This document shows, one piece after another, positions 60,918-64,000 of a stretch of 64,000 nucleotides of DNA. Position 1 is the first letter of the stretch. The number at the start of each line of letters is the position of its first letter. Both the position numbers and the translations under genes were made by a program. The notes beneath the pieces were generated by a model. That model saw only the letters and a list, made by a program, of their open reading frames with translations. It did not search any database and was not told the origin of the DNA. This stretch comes from Bacillus subtilis subsp. subtilis str. 168 (GTDB lineage Bacteria; Bacillota; Bacilli; Bacillales; Bacillaceae), in the NCBI RefSeq assembly GCF_000009045.1, contig NC_000964.3:2294001-2358000 (forward strand). Reading direction: 5' to 3'.

Positions 60918-61895
60918 TTAGCCCAATTCGATATCGGCAGAATAGATTTTTTTAATGCCTTCGTTCGTTTCTAAAAGCAGAACGCCTTCATCATCTATAC
61001 CTAACGCCTTACCGTAAAAGGTTCCGTTTAACGTTCTGGCTCTCATATTAGTGCCAATACCGAGCGCATAGCTTTCCCATAAAAGCTTAATCGGCGTAAA
61101 TCCGTGCGTCATATAATCCCGGTACCGTTTCTCAAAGCATAGTAAAATATGCTGGATGACGCCGGCCCGATCAATTTTTTCCCCAGCAGCTTGGCTGAGG
61201 CTTGTCGCGATGTCCTTCAATTCATCTGGAAAATCATTAGGCTGCTGGTTAACGTTAATGCCGATCCCAATGATCACTGAACGTACGCGGTCTTCTTCAG
61301 CCTGCATTTCCGTTAGGATACCGACTGTTTTTTTTCCGTTAATCAAAATATCATTTGGCCATTTAATATCCGTTTGGATGCCTGCTGCCTCTTCTATTCC
61401 CTGCACAACAGCTACTGCAGCAAGCAGAGTCAGCTGCGGTGTTTTTTGGAGCGGAATGTCAGGCCGCAAAATCAGGCTCATCCAAACACCGTTTCCTTCT
61501 TGAGAATGCCATACCCTAGACATTCGGCCCCTTCCGGCTGTTTGTTTGTCAGCCACCACAAGGGTGCCTTCCGGTGCGTTATTATTCGCGAGCTCATGAG
61601 CCGTTTTTTGCGTGCTTGAAAGAACGTCATGGTAAATAAGATGCTGGCCCATCACTTCCGTTTTTAATCCAAAACGAATTTCGCTTTCACTGAGTTTTCC
61701 GGGTTTTTTGATGAGCCGATATCCTTTTCTTCTAACGGCTTCTACTTCATAACCCTCTTTCCGAAGCTCTTCAATATGCTTCCACACAGCAGTTCTTGAA
61801 CAGCCGAGAGCATCACTGATTTTTTGGCCGGAAATAAATTCATTGCCGGCCTGAGAAAATAATTCAATAAGGTCTTTTCTTAATGTTGACCGCAT
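60918..61895 (-). CDS. birA: Bifunctional biotin ligase / repressor
   Basis: N-terminal wHTH SRTAVWKHIE; QTAGRGR, KWPND, GIGIN. Confidence 0.97.
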   Translation of the reverse strand: MRSTLRKDLIELFSQAGNEFISGQKISDALGCSRTAVWKHIEELRKEGYEVEAVRRKGYRLIKKPGKLSESEIRFGLKTEVMGQHLIYHDVLSSTQKTAHELANNNAPEGTLVVADKQTAGRGRMSRVWHSQEGNGVWMSLILRPDIPLQKTPQLTLLAAVAVVQGIEEAAGIQTDIKWPNDILINGKKTVGILTEMQAEEDRVRSVIIGIGINVNQQPNDFPDELKDIATSLSQAAGEKIDRAGVIQHILLCFEKRYRDYMTHGFTPIKLLWESYALGIGTNMRARTLNGTFYGKALGIDDEGVLLLETNEGIKKIYSADIELG

Positions 61896-63073
61896 GTCTT
61901 CAGCCACTCCTCTATGTGTTTCTTTTGATTGGAGAGCTTCCCTGTCACAACAGCCTGCTCGATCCACTGTAATTCTTCTGACACCCATTTTCCGGCCGGC
62001 CGGTTTCGAAGCGCAAGCAAGTCCTTACCCGTGATATCAAGATCCTTAAGGCTTTTGATCGGCAGGTTTTGATAAGCGTACTGAATGTCCTTCAGTTTCT
62101 TTTCATCCAGTTTTTCGTTTTGCCGAAGCTGCGATATTTTGGCCGCTGAGAGCAGTGCTTTTTTCCCAGCTCTGTACATTGTCATTGCGTCAAGGCTCTG
62201 GCCAAACGTATCGGCAATGTGAATGGCTTCCTTGATCACTTTTCCCGGGAGCTTCCAGGCTTTCAGGAAAAGGGGCGCGTCTTTCAAAACTATGCCAAGG
62301 TTAATTAAAAGAGCAGCCCAAAGCTCCTCACGGGATGTTAAAGAGAAGAATGGAAACTCACTCGTTGAAATCAGGTTTTCTCGTTTATGATAAAAACCAG
62401 GAAGCTCTTCATACAATCTCGTTTGAATGAGTGTTTGAAGCGCCTGGCGAGAAGCTCTTCCCTGCAGCAATTTCTCAAACTCTATAGTTTTTCGTTCGAC
62501 TGAAACATGGGAGAGGAGTGATTTTTCTTTCGCAATGGCTTCTTCTGTTTCCGGTGAAAGCGTAAAGCCAAGCTGGCTCATAAAGCGTACGGCTCTCAGC
62601 ATACGAAGCGCATCCTCTTGAAATCTATCCTCAGGCTTTCCAACGGTTCGAATCACTTTCTGATCAATATCTTTCTTGCCGCCAAAATAATCAAGCACCT
62701 TCCCGTCCGCTGTCATGGCCATCGCATTGATCGTTAAATCTCTGCGTTTTAGATCCTCTTCTAATGATGAGATAAATTGCACTTCTGACGGTCTTCTGAA
62801 ATCAACATAATCAGATTCAGTCCGGAATGTCGTGACTTCATAGGTTTCATCCTCCCAGAGCACAATAATGGTCCCGTGCTCTTTGCCTACATCAACAGTC
62901 CGCTGAAACAGCCGTTCTACTTGATCAGGTGCCGCATCTGTCGCGATATCGACATCTCCGATCGTTCGTTTCATATAGCTGTCACGAACTGCGCCCCCGA
63001 CAAAATAAGCCTGATGGCCCGCTTCGATTAAGATGCGGAGCACGGGAAGTGCTTTGATAAAAACTTTTTCCAT
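61880..63073 (-). CDS. cca: CCA-adding tRNA nucleotidyltransferase
   Basis: VGGAVRD, DVDI, RRDLTINA, EDALRMLRA. Confidence 0.96.
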   Translation of the reverse strand: MEKVFIKALPVLRILIEAGHQAYFVGGAVRDSYMKRTIGDVDIATDAAPDQVERLFQRTVDVGKEHGTIIVLWEDETYEVTTFRTESDYVDFRRPSEVQFISSLEEDLKRRDLTINAMAMTADGKVLDYFGGKKDIDQKVIRTVGKPEDRFQEDALRMLRAVRFMSQLGFTLSPETEEAIAKEKSLLSHVSVERKTIEFEKLLQGRASRQALQTLIQTRLYEELPGFYHKRENLISTSEFPFFSLTSREELWAALLINLGIVLKDAPLFLKAWKLPGKVIKEAIHIADTFGQSLDAMTMYRAGKKALLSAAKISQLRQNEKLDEKKLKDIQYAYQNLPIKSLKDLDITGKDLLALRNRPAGKWVSEELQWIEQAVVTGKLSNQKKHIEEWLKTCGQH

Positions 63074-63077
63074 GTGA

Positions 63078-64000
63078 TCACTCCGGTTCTGCTAAATCGG
63101 CATAAATCTGTTCATACTGGCTGACAATTTTTTTAGAAGAAAATTCATTTTCAAGCATCTCTATTGCCGCCTTTGTAAAACGATTGCTTAGCTGTTCATC
63201 TTCTAAAATGCTCATCGCGCGGGCTGTTGCGGCCGTAACATCACCGACATCCACCAAAAATCCGCTCACATTGTTTTTTATAACCTCAGGGATACCGCCA
63301 ATGTTTGTTCCAATACAAGGCACTCCGCAAGCCATCGCTTCAAGCAGGACAAGGCCAAAGCTTTCTTTTTCAGATAGCAGCAGCTTCAAATCGCTAATAG
63401 AATAAAGATCTTCAACACGGTCTTGATTTCCAAGCATTAAGACTTGGTCTTCCAAGCCATATTTTCTGATAAGCTCGCAGGCTGTCGATTTCTCCGGACC
63501 GTCTCCGACTAAAAGCAGCTTCGCTTTCGTTTTGCCAGCGATATTGCGGAACACACGGATGACATCCTGCACGCGTTTAACTTTTCTGAAGTTGGACACA
63601 TGGATGACGACTTTTTCATCTGGTAAAATTCCATGTTTCTCTTTAATTGCCGCTGTGTTTTTCTTCAGATACACGCGCTCGTCTATAAAGTTATAAATCG
63701 TTTCAATTTTTTTCTCCGGTTTAATTAAATCGTATGTTTCAGCCGCAAGCGCTGAGGAGACGGCCGTCACCCTGTCTGATGACTCAATAGCAAAACGGAT
63801 CAGATCTTTTAGAGACGGATCATAACCTAACACCGTGATATCCGTGCCATGCAAAGTGGTAACAATGCCGATATTGCGTTTCAGCATTTGTTTTGCAAGA
63901 TAGGCGCAAACGGCATGCGGGAGAGCATAGTGAGCATGGATAATGTCTAAATTCTCCCGTTCCGCCACCTCAGCGATTTTGCTTGCCAATGTCAAATCAT
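63078..64000 (-). CDS. bshA: N-acetylglucosaminyl-L-malate synthase (bacillithiol), 5'-truncated by the window edge
   Basis: [35 protein letters not shown] (GT4). Confidence 0.93.

Overview
Core chromosome of Bacillus subtilis (gene content, order and protein sequences match what I recall of strain 168; recognised from memory, not by search). The window runs from the 5' end of ilvA to the 3' part of bshA. It holds about 75 protein genes, mostly on the minus strand: thyB-dfrA, ilvD, metA, ugtP, cspD, degR, an RNase H/FEN cluster, dynamin dynA, type III PKS bpsAB, xpt-pbuX with its guanine riboswitch, kdg/kdu, rnpB RNA, gpsB-ypsA, cotD, mrfAB, recU-ponA, dnaD-nth, asnS, aspB, dinG, panBCD, birA, cca and bshA. 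I found no tRNA, rRNA, CRISPR array, prophage or transposase. The best leads are in intergenic DNA that the ORF track misses: (1) a ~200-nt panB leader with mutually exclusive terminator/antiterminator helices and an RBS-occluding hairpin, a candidate pantothenate/CoA attenuator; (2) two short hydrophobic ORFs with strong RBSs (24 aa at 5311-5385, 31 aa at 39095-39190); (3) a LexA-like box in the mrfAB promoter spacer; (4) a sigma54-activator-like protein lacking GAFTGA; (5) a queuosine-precursor transporter embedded among RNase H-fold and flap nucleases. All functional proposals are hypotheses. Some may already be described in literature or transcriptome atlases that I cannot consult.
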